DNA of 64,000 nt, from the NCBI GenBank assembly GCA_944388165.1, contig CALXHS010000027.1, positions 7,957 to 71,956 of the forward strand, given 5' to 3'. A program made the position numbers and the translations under genes. Below, one piece after another: positions 7,549 through 17,450 of this stretch; the first letter of the stretch is position 1; every line of letters starts with the position of its first letter. The stretch is from an uncultured Gemmiger sp. (GTDB lineage: Bacteria > Bacillota > Clostridia > Oscillospirales > Ruminococcaceae). The notes beneath the pieces are model-generated. The model did not search any database and was not told the origin of the DNA. It saw only the letters and a program-made list of their open reading frames with translations.

Positions 7549-9162
7549 TCAGAAGGTGAGGTTGCCGAATTCGGACAGGCGCAGCTCGCTGTTGTGCTCC
7601 TGGGCCCAGTTGATGCTCCAGGGGCTGCCGAAGAGCAGCAGGCGGTTGCCCTTCAGGTCCTCGATGGGGCGGGTGTCGCTGGTGATGTCCAGGGTCTTGG
7701 GGTCCAGCTCATCGTTGGAGTTCAAGATCCAGCGGATGTATTCGTAGGGCAGGGTCTGCAGGCGGATGTCCACGTTGTACTCGTTTTTCAGGCGGTACTC
7801 CAGCACTTCCAGCTGCAGTACGCCCACCACGCCCACAATGACCTCTTCCATGCCGGAACCCAGGTCGCGGAAGATCTGGATAGCGCCTTCCTGGGCGATC
7901 TGTTCCATGCCCTTGACGAACTGCTTGCGCTTCATGGTGTCCACCTGGGTGACCCGGGCGAAGTGCTCGGGGGCGAAGGTGGGAATGCCCGCAAAGCGCA
8001 CATGCTGCTTGCCGGTGCACAGGGTATCGCCGATGGAGAAGATGCCCGGGTCAAACAGGCCGATGATGTCGCCGGCATAGGCTTCGTCCACAATGGCCCG
8101 GTCGTCGGCCCTCATGGTGGTGCCGGTGGCCAGCTTGATGTTCTTGTTCTCCTGCACATGGAAGGCTTCCATGCCGCGCTCGAACTTGCCGGAACAGATG
8201 CGCACAAAGGCCACGCGGTCCCGGTGGTTCTTGTTCATGTTGGCCTGGATCTTGAAGATGAAGCCGGAAAATTCCGGCCGGGTGGGGTCCACCAGCTCCC
8301 CGGTCTCGGAATCCTTGCGGGGCAGCGGGGTGGGGGTCAGGCGCAAAAAGTCCCGCAGGAAGGGTTCCACGCCGAAGTTGGTCAGAGCGGAACCGAAGAA
8401 CACCGGGGACAGCTCGCCGCGGTGCACCGCTTCCAGGTCGAATTCCTCCGCGGCGCCGTCCAGCAGTTCGATGTCGTCGGCCAGGCGCTGGTGGTTTTCG
8501 GTGCCGATGAGCTCGTCCAGGGCGGCATCGCCCAGGCTGGCTTCGATCTCATCCACCATCCGCACGCCGTTGGCGCGGCCGTCGCCCTCAAAGGCCAGGA
8601 CCCGGCGGCTGGCACGGTCAAACACGCCCTTGAAGCCCTTGCCGCAGCCGATGGGCCAGTTCATAGGATAGGTCTTGATGCCCAGGATCTCCTCGATGTT
8701 TTCCATCAGTTCAAAGGGATCACGGGCTTCCCGGTCCATCTTGTTGATGAAGGTGAAGATGGGGATATGGCGCAGGGTGCAGACCTTGAACAGCTTGATG
8801 GTCTGGGCTTCCACGCCCTTGGCGGCGTCGATGACCATGACGGCGGAGTCCGCCGCCATGAGGGTGCGGTAGGTGTCCTCGGAGAAGTCCTGGTGGCCGG
8901 GGGTATCCAGAATGTTGATGCAGCGGCCCTGATACCGGAACTGCAGCACCGACGAAGTGACCGAGATACCGCGCTGCTTTTCAATATCCATCCAGTCGGA
9001 CACCGCATGCTTGGCGCTCTGCTTGCCCTTGACCGAACCGGCGGTCTGGATGGCGCCCCCGTACAGAAGCAGCTTTTCGGTCAGGGTGGTTTTACCGGCG
9101 TCGGGGTGCGAGATGATCGCAAATGTGCGCCGGCTTTCGATTTCTTCACGCAAAGAAGGCAT
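7549..9162 (-). CDS. prfC: Peptide chain release factor 3 (translational GTPase)
   Basis: 537 aa. N-terminus RRTFAIISHPDAGKTTLTEKLLLYGGAIQ...DWMDIEKQRGISVTSS, DTPGHQDF and NKMDR GTPase motifs. Length and sequence are typical of RF3. Confidence 0.92.
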   Translation of the reverse strand: MPSLREEIESRRTFAIISHPDAGKTTLTEKLLLYGGAIQTAGSVKGKQSAKHAVSDWMDIEKQRGISVTSSVLQFRYQGRCINILDTPGHQDFSEDTYRTLMAADSAVMVIDAAKGVEAQTIKLFKVCTLRHIPIFTFINKMDREARDPFELMENIEEILGIKTYPMNWPIGCGKGFKGVFDRASRRVLAFEGDGRANGVRMVDEIEASLGDAALDELIGTENHQRLADDIELLDGAAEEFDLEAVHRGELSPVFFGSALTNFGVEPFLRDFLRLTPTPLPRKDSETGELVDPTRPEFSGFIFKIQANMNKNHRDRVAFVRICSGKFERGMEAFHVQENKNIKLATGTTMRADDRAIVDEAYAGDIIGLFDPGIFSIGDTLCTGKQHVRFAGIPTFAPEHFARVTQVDTMKRKQFVKGMEQIAQEGAIQIFRDLGSGMEEVIVGVVGVLQLEVLEYRLKNEYNVDIRLQTLPYEYIRWILNSNDELDPKTLDITSDTRPIEDLKGNRLLLFGSPWSINWAQEHNSELRLSEFGNLTF

Positions 9163-9254
9163 ATTTCCATTAACTCCTTGTTTCTCTTGGCAGTGACGGC
9201 GAATGGAACTCGGTCACATGGGGGCACACTCCTCTATTCTATACATACCTTTCT

Positions 9255-9283
9255 ATCATACCCTGTTTTTGGCCGGATTGCAA
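9255..9283 (-). promoter_or_regulatory. Sigma-A-type promoter candidate for prfC
   Basis: Reverse strand TTGCAA-17 nt-TATGAT, about 90 nt upstream of the prfC start. Confidence 0.45.
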
Positions 9284-9357
9284 CGAATTTTTACATCTGC
9301 GGGCCGGAAAAATGCCCCGGAGCGCCTTGGACGCCGGGGCGGGGTATGCTATAATGG

Positions 9358-10236
9358 TCAAAGGTCCTGTCCGCCGGGCTTTTTCAGCACGAAACAGGGC
9401 AAAGGCGCTGTGGGCGCCCAGTTGGCGAACTCGCACACCAGCACGGTGTACCGGGTCAGGGGCAAGGACCGGAAAAATTCCAGCACGGCCTGTTTCTCGT
9501 CACTGCCGATGACCTTGCCGCTGTACAGCACCGCCGCCAGCACGCCTCCGGGTTTCAGGGCGTCCAGCGCCGCCTGCAGGGCGGGCAGGGTGCTTTCGGT
9601 GCCGGAATGGATGCTGTGGTCCGCCCCCGGCAGCCAGCCGAAGTTGAACACCGCTCCGTCCAGGGAGGCCGGCGGCACCAGATGCCCCAGGTCCTTGTGG
9701 TCGCAGACGATGGCCCGGCCCACCTGATGCAGGCCGTTTTCCGCCAGCAGGCGGTTGGTGGCTTCCACCGCCGCGGGCTGGATGTCCAAAGCCAGCACCC
9801 GGCCGTTGGGGGCGGCTTTGCGGCAGAGGAAAAGAGTGTCGTGCCCGTTGCCGCAGGTGGCGTCCAGGAACGACCCGCCCGCGGGCAGGTTGTCGGACAA
9901 AAAGCGGTGGCACAGTTCCACGGCGGTGAGGTCGGGGGCGCGCAGCCGCTGCCAGGACCCGTCCGCCGACCCGGTGGGGGTAAAGCCGAACTTGTGCAAA
10001 AGGGAAGCCGCCGCCGCGGATTCCGGCGCGGGGACCAGGAACCGGCTGGCGGTCTGACGGGAAAAACCGTCGTTGCGGCGCAGTACTTCCCGCAAAAGAT
10101 AGCTGCCGTAGCCCCGGCCCCGCCACTGGGGATTCACGGTGAACAGGGTGATCTGCCCATCTTCCAGCTCGGCCTGGCCGATGAGGATGGACTCTTTATA
10201 TAAAAGATAGCGGCTGCCCTGCTGTGTGACCTGCAT
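9358..10236 (-). CDS. Fusion protein: short GNAT acetyltransferase domain + class I SAM-dependent methyltransferase (YtqB-like)
   Basis: N-terminal acetyl-CoA motif QWRGRGYGSYLL. C-terminal FLDATCGNGHDTLFL (SAM-binding GxGxG-like) and VFNFGWLPGADHS, typical of the YtqB/rRNA-methylase-type family. RBS AAAGGAG. Confidence 0.65.
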   Translation of the reverse strand: MQVTQQGSRYLLYKESILIGQAELEDGQITLFTVNPQWRGRGYGSYLLREVLRRNDGFSRQTASRFLVPAPESAAAASLLHKFGFTPTGSADGSWQRLRAPDLTAVELCHRFLSDNLPAGGSFLDATCGNGHDTLFLCRKAAPNGRVLALDIQPAAVEATNRLLAENGLHQVGRAIVCDHKDLGHLVPPASLDGAVFNFGWLPGADHSIHSGTESTLPALQAALDALKPGGVLAAVLYSGKVIGSDEKQAVLEFFRSLPLTRYTVLVCEFANWAPTAPLPCFVLKKPGGQDL

Positions 10237-10327
10237 GAAACGGCTCCTTTCAGCGTAAATCTGTCCTTAGAATACGGCGGCACGGGCCTTTTTGTCAAGG
10301 GCGCAGAAACCGGTCGTGTAAACGGCA

Positions 10328-10367
10328 TTTCACATTTGTTTCACGGTGAAGATAAACCAATTTCACA
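10328..10367 (+). promoter_or_regulatory. Three phased TTTCAC(A/G) direct repeats upstream of the htrA-like gene (candidate response-regulator site)
   Basis: Repeats start at 10328, 10339 and 10361 (11-bp and 22-bp phasing), immediately upstream of a TATACT -10 hexamer at 10377-10382. Confidence 0.35.
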
Positions 10368-10465
10368 ATTCATGGATATACTGGGTACCAAGCTCGAAAC
10401 AAAGAGCCGGGGGCGGCATTTCGCCCAACCCGTGTATTGGAATAGATTAAAGGAGTGCATAAAAC

Positions 10466-11944
10466 ATGAGTGAGTACGATTACTCGGGTCTGTACAACCA
10501 GAACCCGCAGAATACCCCGCCTCAGAACAGCGGGGAGTCCGGCGGATATCCCAACGTGGGCAGCAGCGGCATGAACACCGCCAACACCGCCCGCACCGAC
10601 TTCACCAGCCAGGAACAGCCCTCGGCCCAGAGCCAGGACAACGGTCACAGCGCGGGCAGCGCCCATACCGGGTACAGCTATAACAGCCAGGACAACGGTC
10701 CCGCAGGCCCCGGCGGCCCCAACGGCCCGGTGAACGGCTACGGCGCTCAGCCCGAACCGCCCCAGCCCCCCCGCCGCAAAAAGGGCGGCAAGACCGGCCT
10801 GCGTGTGCTGGCCGGTGTGGGCGTGGTGCTGCTGGGCTTCGGCGGCGGTATGCTGGGCACCGTGGCGGGCACCCGCTTGGGCCTGAACGGCAGCCAGGTG
10901 GTGGTGCAGCAGGTCCAGCGTGACGAAAACGCCACCGCTTCCGCCCAGGGCAGCGCCGACGGCAACAGCCTGTCCATGGCAGAAATTGCAGCCAAGGTGC
11001 AGCCCAGCGTGGTGGCCATCACCACCGAGCAGATGGTCAGCACCAACAGCTGGTTCGGCAGCTATGTACAGAGCGGCGCAGGTTCCGGCGTCATCATCAG
11101 TGAGGACGGCTACATCCTGACCTGCGCCCACGTGGTGAACGGCGCTTCCAACATCACGGTGCAGCTTTCCGATGATACCGAATACACCGCCAGTGTCGTG
11201 GGCCTGGATACCTCCACCGACGTGGCGGTACTGAAGATCGAAGCCACCGGCCTGAGCGCCGCCACTCTGGGTGATTCCGATACCCTGGCGGTGGGCGAGC
11301 TGGCTGTGGCCGTGGGCAACCCCCTGGGTACCCTGAGCGGCACTGTCACCAACGGCATCATCAGCGCGGTGAACCGTTCGGTGGAAGTGGAAAGCAATGA
11401 AATGAGCCTGATCCAGACCGACGCGGCCATCAGCCCGGGCAACTCCGGCGGCGGCCTGTTCAACGGCCAGGGCGAACTCATCGGCATTGTCAACGCCAAG
11501 AGCGGTTCCACCACCGATACCGGCGAAGCCACCAACGCCGAAGGCCTGGGCTTTGCCATCCCCATCAACACCGCCATGGACATTGCCCAGGATCTCATTG
11601 AGAACGGCTACGTGAAACGCCCGGCTCTGGGTGTGACCGTGGTCACCGTCACCCAGGACAACGCCATGCAGTTCGGTGTGTCCAACTACGGCGTGTATAT
11701 CTACCAGATCACCCCGGGCAGCGGCGCGACCAACGCCGGTCTGCAGGTGGGCGACCGCATCATCGCCATTGACGACAATTCCGTTTCCGAGAGCAGTGAC
11801 CTGACCGGCTACCTGCAGCAGAAGGCTGTGGGCGACACCGTCAACCTGCAGATCGAGCGCGACGGCAAGATGGCCACCTATCAGATGGTGCTGGGCGAAG
11901 GCGGCAACACCACGGCTTCCACCACCGAGAACGCCGCGGGCTGA
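10466..11944 (+). CDS. htrA: HtrA/DegP-family (S1C) serine protease with Pro/Gly-rich N-terminus, TM anchor and C-terminal PDZ domain
   Basis: Catalytic motifs TCAHVV (His), DVAVLKI (Asp) and GNSGGGLFN (Ser). PDZ-like C-terminus GLQVGDRIIAIDD. RBS AAAGGAG. Confidence 0.88.
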   Translation: MSEYDYSGLYNQNPQNTPPQNSGESGGYPNVGSSGMNTANTARTDFTSQEQPSAQSQDNGHSAGSAHTGYSYNSQDNGPAGPGGPNGPVNGYGAQPEPPQPPRRKKGGKTGLRVLAGVGVVLLGFGGGMLGTVAGTRLGLNGSQVVVQQVQRDENATASAQGSADGNSLSMAEIAAKVQPSVVAITTEQMVSTNSWFGSYVQSGAGSGVIISEDGYILTCAHVVNGASNITVQLSDDTEYTASVVGLDTSTDVAVLKIEATGLSAATLGDSDTLAVGELAVAVGNPLGTLSGTVTNGIISAVNRSVEVESNEMSLIQTDAAISPGNSGGGLFNGQGELIGIVNAKSGSTTDTGEATNAEGLGFAIPINTAMDIAQDLIENGYVKRPALGVTVVTVTQDNAMQFGVSNYGVYIYQITPGSGATNAGLQVGDRIIAIDDNSVSESSDLTGYLQQKAVGDTVNLQIERDGKMATYQMVLGEGGNTTASTTENAAG

Positions 11945-11970
11945 ACCGGACCCTGATCCCATAATATAAG

Positions 11971-12016
11971 AAAACCCCCGGCACGAAGCAGAGGCTTCGT
12001 GCCGGGGGGTTTTAGT
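11971..12016. terminator. Bidirectional rho-independent terminator between convergent genes
   Basis: CCCCCGGCACGAAGC-agag-GCTTCGTGCCGGGGG, flanked by an A-run on the left and a T-run on the right. Confidence 0.8.
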
Positions 12017-12036
12017 TTGCAGAAAAAGGGGAAAAA

Positions 12037-13467
12037 TCAGAAGTTGTGGTTTTCGATGAGCTTGCGGCCCATGAGCACGCCCATGACCGAAGCCATCATC
12101 AGGCCGCGGGTCCAGCCGGAGGAGTCGCCCAGGCAGTGGAGGTTGGCCACGTTGGTCTCCAGGTCGGTGTCCATACGGACCTTGTTGGAATAGAACTTCA
12201 ATTCGGGGGAATAGAGCAGGGTCTCGGGGGCGGCAAAGCCGGGCACCACATGGTCCACCATCTTGATGAACTCGATGATGTTGACCATGGCGCGGTAGGG
12301 CATGGCGGCGGTGATGTCACCGGCCACGGCGTCCTTCAGGGTGGGGCGGACGTTGGACCGGGCCAGTTCCTGGGGCCAGGTGCGCTTGCCGTTGAGGATG
12401 TCGCCGTAGCGCTGCACCAGAATGTGCCCGGCGCCCAGCATGTTGGTCAGTTCGCCCACCTTCTGGGCGTAGGCGATGGGCTGGTTGAAGGGCTCGGTGA
12501 AGTTGTGGCTGACCAGAATGGCCAGGTTGGTGTTGTGGCTCTTCAGGTCCTTGAAGCTGTGGCCGTTGACCACCGCCAGGTCGTTGTCGTAGTTTTCCTG
12601 GGCAACAAAGCCGCCGGGGTTCTGGCAGAAGGTGCGGACCTTGTTCTTCCAGGGATTGGGGTAGCCGATGAGCTTGCCTTCATAGAGAACGTTGTTGATG
12701 GTCTCCATGATCTCGTTGCGGCATTCCACACGCACACCGATGTCCACGGTGCCGGGACGGTGGGCGATGTGATGCTCGGCGCAGATCTTTTCCAGCCAGT
12801 CGGCGCCCCGGCGGCCGGTGGCGATGACCACCTGGCGGGCGGTGATCTCCACCGCTTCCGCTTCCGGCTTGCCGGTGCGGCGTGCCACCACGCCGCGGCA
12901 GACATCGCCGTCCAGCAGGATGTTGTCGCACTCGGTGTCGAACCACATCTCCACGCCCTTGGCGGCCAGATAGTTCTGGATGTTCAGGTAGAGCTGCTGG
13001 GCTTTCTCGGTGCCCAGGTGGCGGATGGGGCAGTCCACCAGCTGCAGGCCGGCCTGGATGGTGCGCTTGCGGATCTCTTTGATCTCGGTGCCTTCATACA
13101 CGCCCTCCACATGGGGGTCGGCGCCGAATTCCAGGTAGATCTTGTCGGTGTAATCAATGAGTTCCTGGGCAAAATCTTCCCCGATCAGTTCGGGAAGTTC
13201 GCCGCCCACCTCGCGGGAGAGGGACAGCTTGCCGTCCGAAAAGGCGCCCGCGCCGGAAAAACCAGTGGTGATGGCGCAGGTGGGCTTGCAGTTGATGCAG
13301 TGGCCCACTTCGGCTTTGGGGCAGTGGCGGCGCTCCACCGGTTTACCCTTTTCAATGAGCAGGATCTTGAGATCCTGGGGCTTGCTGCTCTTGCGCAGCA
13401 GTTCCAGGGCGGTGAAGATACCGGCAGGGCCGGCGCCGACGATGATAAGATCGTACTGGTTTTGCAT
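12037..13467 (-). CDS. NAD(P)/FAD-dependent oxidoreductase (COG2509-like FAD-dependent protein)
   Basis: 476 aa. N-terminal dinucleotide fold YDLIIVGAGPAGIFTALEL. RBS AAAGGAGA. Confidence 0.75.
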   Translation of the reverse strand: MQNQYDLIIVGAGPAGIFTALELLRKSSKPQDLKILLIEKGKPVERRHCPKAEVGHCINCKPTCAITTGFSGAGAFSDGKLSLSREVGGELPELIGEDFAQELIDYTDKIYLEFGADPHVEGVYEGTEIKEIRKRTIQAGLQLVDCPIRHLGTEKAQQLYLNIQNYLAAKGVEMWFDTECDNILLDGDVCRGVVARRTGKPEAEAVEITARQVVIATGRRGADWLEKICAEHHIAHRPGTVDIGVRVECRNEIMETINNVLYEGKLIGYPNPWKNKVRTFCQNPGGFVAQENYDNDLAVVNGHSFKDLKSHNTNLAILVSHNFTEPFNQPIAYAQKVGELTNMLGAGHILVQRYGDILNGKRTWPQELARSNVRPTLKDAVAGDITAAMPYRAMVNIIEFIKMVDHVVPGFAAPETLLYSPELKFYSNKVRMDTDLETNVANLHCLGDSSGWTRGLMMASVMGVLMGRKLIENHNF

Positions 13468-13509
13468 GGGGAACGGGTCTCCTTTTGTGTATGAAATGAT
13501 AAAGCAGAA

Positions 13510-14148
13510 TCAGTTCTGCGATTCGGCGGAATGGGCGGGTTCCTCTTCGGCGGGGGCTTGGCCTTCCCCGGCGGTATCCCCGGCGGACAGGGCGGCTTCG
13601 GCGGCCTTGTCCAGATCATGGAGCATCATGGCGGTGTAGATGGTGCACCCGGCGTTGAGCACGCCTTCCAGGATCAGCAGCAGGCCGCACAGCCAGATGG
13701 CATCCACCGGCCAGGAAGCGAAGGGCTGCATGATGAGGATAATGCCCGCGATGCCGGTGACAAAGCCCAGCAGCATCAGCACCCACCAGCGCTGGCCCTT
13801 GCGGCGCACCAGCTGCCAGGCGCTCTGTTCCCGGGCACCGCCGTCCACCAGCAGGAAAAAGCCGAACACCACCGGCAGCACCCACTCTACAAAGTCGGGG
13901 CGCAGCAGGGCAAACAGCCCCAGGGCCAGGGTGACCACCCCGCCCAGCAGGGTGAAGGCGGCGGCAAAGCCCTTTTCCTTGTTGCGGGAATACCGCCACA
14001 GATTGCGGGCACCGGTGAGGGCGATGAGCACCCCGAAAGCGGCGCAGATCCAGGGCAGGCTGGCGGCGGGGGCGGCCAGCAAAGCCAGACCCAGCACAAA
14101 GTACAGCACACTGAGCACCAGCATGCCGGTGCGAAGATTGCGAAGCAT
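13510..14148 (-). CDS. DUF308/HdeD-like membrane protein
   Basis: 212 aa with six hydrophobic helices and repeated xxGxxxxxxG helix pattern (VLYFVLGLALLAAP, LLGGVVTLALGLFALL) as in HdeD-family proteins. RBS AGGAGG. Confidence 0.6.
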   Translation of the reverse strand: MLRNLRTGMLVLSVLYFVLGLALLAAPAASLPWICAAFGVLIALTGARNLWRYSRNKEKGFAAAFTLLGGVVTLALGLFALLRPDFVEWVLPVVFGFFLLVDGGAREQSAWQLVRRKGQRWWVLMLLGFVTGIAGIILIMQPFASWPVDAIWLCGLLLILEGVLNAGCTIYTAMMLHDLDKAAEAALSAGDTAGEGQAPAEEEPAHSAESQN

Positions 14149-14171
14149 GGAAAAGACCTCCTTGCAAAGCG

Positions 14172-15548
14172 TCAGGCCGGGACGGTCTCGCTGCGCATGG
14201 GGCGGATGATCTTGTTATAGCACACCCGCTGGAAGATGACGCACAGGGTCAGGGCCACCACTTCCGCGATGGGGAAGGCCCACCAAACCAGTTCCACCCG
14301 TCCGGCCAGGCTGAGCAGCCAGGCGGTGGGCAGCAGCACCACCAGCTGACGGATGATGGACACCCACAGAGCCAGCACGCCGTGGCCCAGGGCCTGGAAG
14401 TAGGCGGAAGAAATGACGTTGAAGCCTGCCATCAGGAAGGAAATGGAGATGATGCGCAGCGCCACCGTGCCCAGGCTGAGCATGTCCGGGCTGGCGTTGA
14501 AGATGCTCAGCATCACCCCGGGCAGGAACTGCCCGGCCAGGAAGCCCAGGACCATGATGCTCACCGCATAGATGACGGCCAGACGCTTGGTGCCCAGGAT
14601 GCGCTCGGGCTTGCGGGCGCCGTAGTTGTAGCTGACGATGGGGACCATGCCGTTGTTCAGCCCGAACACCGGCATGAACACAAAGCTCTGCAGTTTGAAG
14701 TATACCCCGAAAACCGCCACAGCCGTGCTGGAGTAGGCGATGAGGATGGCGTTCATGCCGAAGGTCATCACGCTGCCGATGGCGTTCATGGCGATGGAGG
14801 GGATGCCCACCTGATAGATGCGGCGGATGGTGCGCCCGTTGGGGCGGAAGCTGCGCAGGGAGATCTGCACGTCCTTGTTATACAGGAAGTGCAGGGTCAG
14901 GGCCGCGGCAGCACCCACAAACTGGCCGATGACGGTGGCTACGGCGGCACCGGCGGCTTCCAGCCGGGGCACGCCGAACAACCCGAAGATGAACACCGGG
15001 TCCAGCACGATGTTGGTCACCGCGCCGATGAGCTGGGTGGTCATGGCAAAGGTGCTGCGGCCGGTGGACACCAGGATCTTTTCCATCATGCACTGCACGC
15101 AGCAGCCCAGGCTGAAGATGGTGCAGATGCTCAGGTATTCGGTGCCGTAGCGGGCGATGAGAGGGTCGGTGGTCTGGGCGTGGATGAAAGCCCTGGCGCC
15201 GAACAGACCGAAGATCAGGAAGCCGATGGCGCTGCACACCGCCAGGAACAGGCCGTTGGCGGCGGCGCGGTCGGCTTCTTCGTGGTTTCCTTCGCCCAGG
15301 TTCTTGGACAGATAGGCATTGACGCCCACCGCCGTGCCCACCGCAAAGGCGATCAGCAGGTTCTGGATGGGGAAGGCGAGACTGACGGCGGACAGGGCCG
15401 CTTCGTTGACGTAGGAAACGAAGATGCTGTCCACCACGTTGTACAGCGCCTGCACCAGCATCGAGATCATCATGGGGATGGCCAGCGAAAGCAGCAGGGG
15501 GTTCAGCGGTTCGGTGCCCATACGGGCGGCGGAAACGGACTTGCTCAT
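14172..15548 (-). CDS. MATE family efflux transporter
   Basis: Start trimmed to MSKSVSAARMGTEPLNPLLLSLAIPMMISMLVQALYNVVDSIFVS, a characteristic MATE N-terminus. 458 aa, about 12 TM segments. The track start at 15632 would overlap the upstream gene. Confidence 0.85.
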   Translation of the reverse strand: MSKSVSAARMGTEPLNPLLLSLAIPMMISMLVQALYNVVDSIFVSYVNEAALSAVSLAFPIQNLLIAFAVGTAVGVNAYLSKNLGEGNHEEADRAAANGLFLAVCSAIGFLIFGLFGARAFIHAQTTDPLIARYGTEYLSICTIFSLGCCVQCMMEKILVSTGRSTFAMTTQLIGAVTNIVLDPVFIFGLFGVPRLEAAGAAVATVIGQFVGAAAALTLHFLYNKDVQISLRSFRPNGRTIRRIYQVGIPSIAMNAIGSVMTFGMNAILIAYSSTAVAVFGVYFKLQSFVFMPVFGLNNGMVPIVSYNYGARKPERILGTKRLAVIYAVSIMVLGFLAGQFLPGVMLSIFNASPDMLSLGTVALRIISISFLMAGFNVISSAYFQALGHGVLALWVSIIRQLVVLLPTAWLLSLAGRVELVWWAFPIAEVVALTLCVIFQRVCYNKIIRPMRSETVPA

Positions 15549-15550
15549 GC

Positions 15551-16153
15551 TTAAACGGATGCCTCCATTGCCTTGGCGGCCTGAACGATCAGCTGCGCGC
15601 AGGCTTCGCGGCCCAGCGCGGCGTTCAGGCACAGGTCGTAATTTTTCGCCTCGCCCCAGCGGTTCTCGGTATAATAGTTATAGTAGCTGGCGCGGGCGCG
15701 GTCGTGCTTGGCCAGGGTGGTCTCCCACAGGCGGTCGGGCATATCCTTGGCGCCGGGGCGGTTCTTGGCGGTCTGGATGCGGGAATCCAGCGGAGCGTAC
15801 ACAAAGGTGCGCAGCACGTTGGGGCGGTCCCGCAGGACATAGTCGCCGCAGCGGCCCAGGATCACGCAGGAACCCTGCTGGGCCAGCTCTTTGATGACAT
15901 TGGACTGCAGGATGTACACCTGATCCGCCAGGGGCATGGTGTTGCCCATCATGTACAGGCTGTAGATCAGGCTGCCGCTGCGCTGGTTTTCGCTGGCGGC
16001 GATGGCCTCTTCGGTCAGGCCGCTCTTTTTCGCAGCCAGAGAGATCAGCTCCTTGTTGTACAGGGGCACACCCAGAAGGTCCGCCACCCGCTGTGCGATC
16101 TCGCTGCCGCCGGAAGCATATTCACGTGCCATTGTGATGACCAGGGGTTCCAT
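15551..16153 (-). CDS. Cytidylate-kinase-like family protein (P-loop NTPase fold)
   Basis: Real ORF is the last 200 aa of track ORF 15551..17731: MEPLVITMAREYASGGSEIAQRVADLLGVPLYNKELI...RCGDYVL, typical of the AAA_18/cytidylate-kinase-like group common in Clostridia. Confidence 0.7.
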   Translation of the reverse strand: MEPLVITMAREYASGGSEIAQRVADLLGVPLYNKELISLAAKKSGLTEEAIAASENQRSGSLIYSLYMMGNTMPLADQVYILQSNVIKELAQQGSCVILGRCGDYVLRDRPNVLRTFVYAPLDSRIQTAKNRPGAKDMPDRLWETTLAKHDRARASYYNYYTENRWGEAKNYDLCLNAALGREACAQLIVQAAKAMEASV

Positions 16154-16363
16154 AAAATCCACCTCACAGTTCAAATTTGGGGGCGGGGACCCGGCGAAGG
16201 GCCGCACCACCCCCACTATACTCATTATAACGGTGCGCCCCGCAAAAAACAAGGGCAAGTCCTGCCAATTTGCACCATGCCGCCCGGTGGGGTATAATGG
16301 GGGCAAACCTGCCCCAAAAGCCGGAAACACGGGGCAAAAAACCGACGAAAGGTGGAACGTTTT

Positions 16364-17350
16364 ATGCCGCTGAAACTTGCTGTTCTGTCCACCAGCCGCA
16401 TCGTGGTGGAATTCATGGCCCATGTGGCCGAAATGCCCGAAATCGAAGTCGCCGCCCTGTGCTGCCGCCCCCAGAGCGAGGAAAAGGCCAAAGCCATGGC
16501 CGCCGAGTACGGCGTGCCCCGGGTCTTTACCGACGAGGACGCCTGCTACGCCGCGGGCGGCTTTGAGGCGGTGTATATCGGCACCGCCAACCATCTGCAT
16601 TATGCGGCTGCCAAAAAGGCCCTGGAAGCCGGCTACCATGTGATTTTGGAAAAGCCCTTCACCGCCACCGCCGCCGAAGCCCGGGAACTGTTTGAACTGG
16701 CCGACCGCAAGGGGGTCATCCTCTTTGAGGCCATCACCACCCCCTACCTGCCCGCCTACCGCTTCTTGCAGGAGCAAATGGCCGCCATCGGCCCGGTGCG
16801 GGGAGCCATGGCCAGCTTCTGCGCCCGCAGCGCCCGGTACGACGATTACCTCAAGGGCATCTGGAACACCACCTTCGACCCGGCCTGCAACGGCGGCGCC
16901 CTCAATGATATGAACGTATACAACCTGCACTTTTTCTGGGGGCTGCTGGGCATGCCGGAATCCTGCGAATACCGGCCCAGCCTGGGGCCCAACGGCATCG
17001 ACACGGCGGGCACCGCCCTGCTGTATTACCCGGATTTTTGTGCCGCCTGCCTGGCTGCCAAGGACAGTGAAAGCGAGAAGTTCGCCAGCATCCAGGGCCC
17101 CGGCGGCTACCTGGTGGTCCACGGCGGCACCAACAGCCTGGATGAGGTCTACGGGATGATGGGGGGCATCCGGGGCGGCGGAACCCGCGTGGATGCACCC
17201 CGGGCGGACCGTCACCGCATGGCCTATGAGTTTGCGGAATTTGGGCGTATCGTGGCTGAGAAGGACACCGCTGCCGAGGCGGAAGCCCGCACCCGCACCC
17301 TGGCGGTGATGGAATTGCTGGAGAAACTGCACGCCGGGGACGGACAGTAA
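16364..17350 (+). CDS. Gfo/Idh/MocA family oxidoreductase
   Basis: MPLKLAVLSTSRIV...AKKALEAGYHVILEKPF (EKP motif). ATG 16364 is preferred over GTG 16352 because GGTGG lies 8 nt upstream. Confidence 0.8.
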   Translation: MPLKLAVLSTSRIVVEFMAHVAEMPEIEVAALCCRPQSEEKAKAMAAEYGVPRVFTDEDACYAAGGFEAVYIGTANHLHYAAAKKALEAGYHVILEKPFTATAAEARELFELADRKGVILFEAITTPYLPAYRFLQEQMAAIGPVRGAMASFCARSARYDDYLKGIWNTTFDPACNGGALNDMNVYNLHFFWGLLGMPESCEYRPSLGPNGIDTAGTALLYYPDFCAACLAAKDSESEKFASIQGPGGYLVVHGGTNSLDEVYGMMGGIRGGGTRVDAPRADRHRMAYEFAEFGRIVAEKDTAAEAEARTRTLAVMELLEKLHAGDGQ

Positions 17351-17450
17351 ACCGACCCGCTTTTTAACAGTTTTGCACAAGAATTGTGGAAAACCTGGTC
17401 CATTGGCCAAGAAAAAGCGACAAAGATGAACGGAATGTGAACAAAAACTC

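Noticed and set aside
9327-9355. Forward-strand TTGGAC-17-TATAAT promoter-like element pointing into the 3' end of the reverse-strand GNAT-methyltransferase gene (possible antisense RNA)
   Set aside because: No downstream forward ORF or terminator supports a transcript. A single hexamer pair in an intergenic AT-richer patch can arise by chance. It would need dRNA-seq to confirm.
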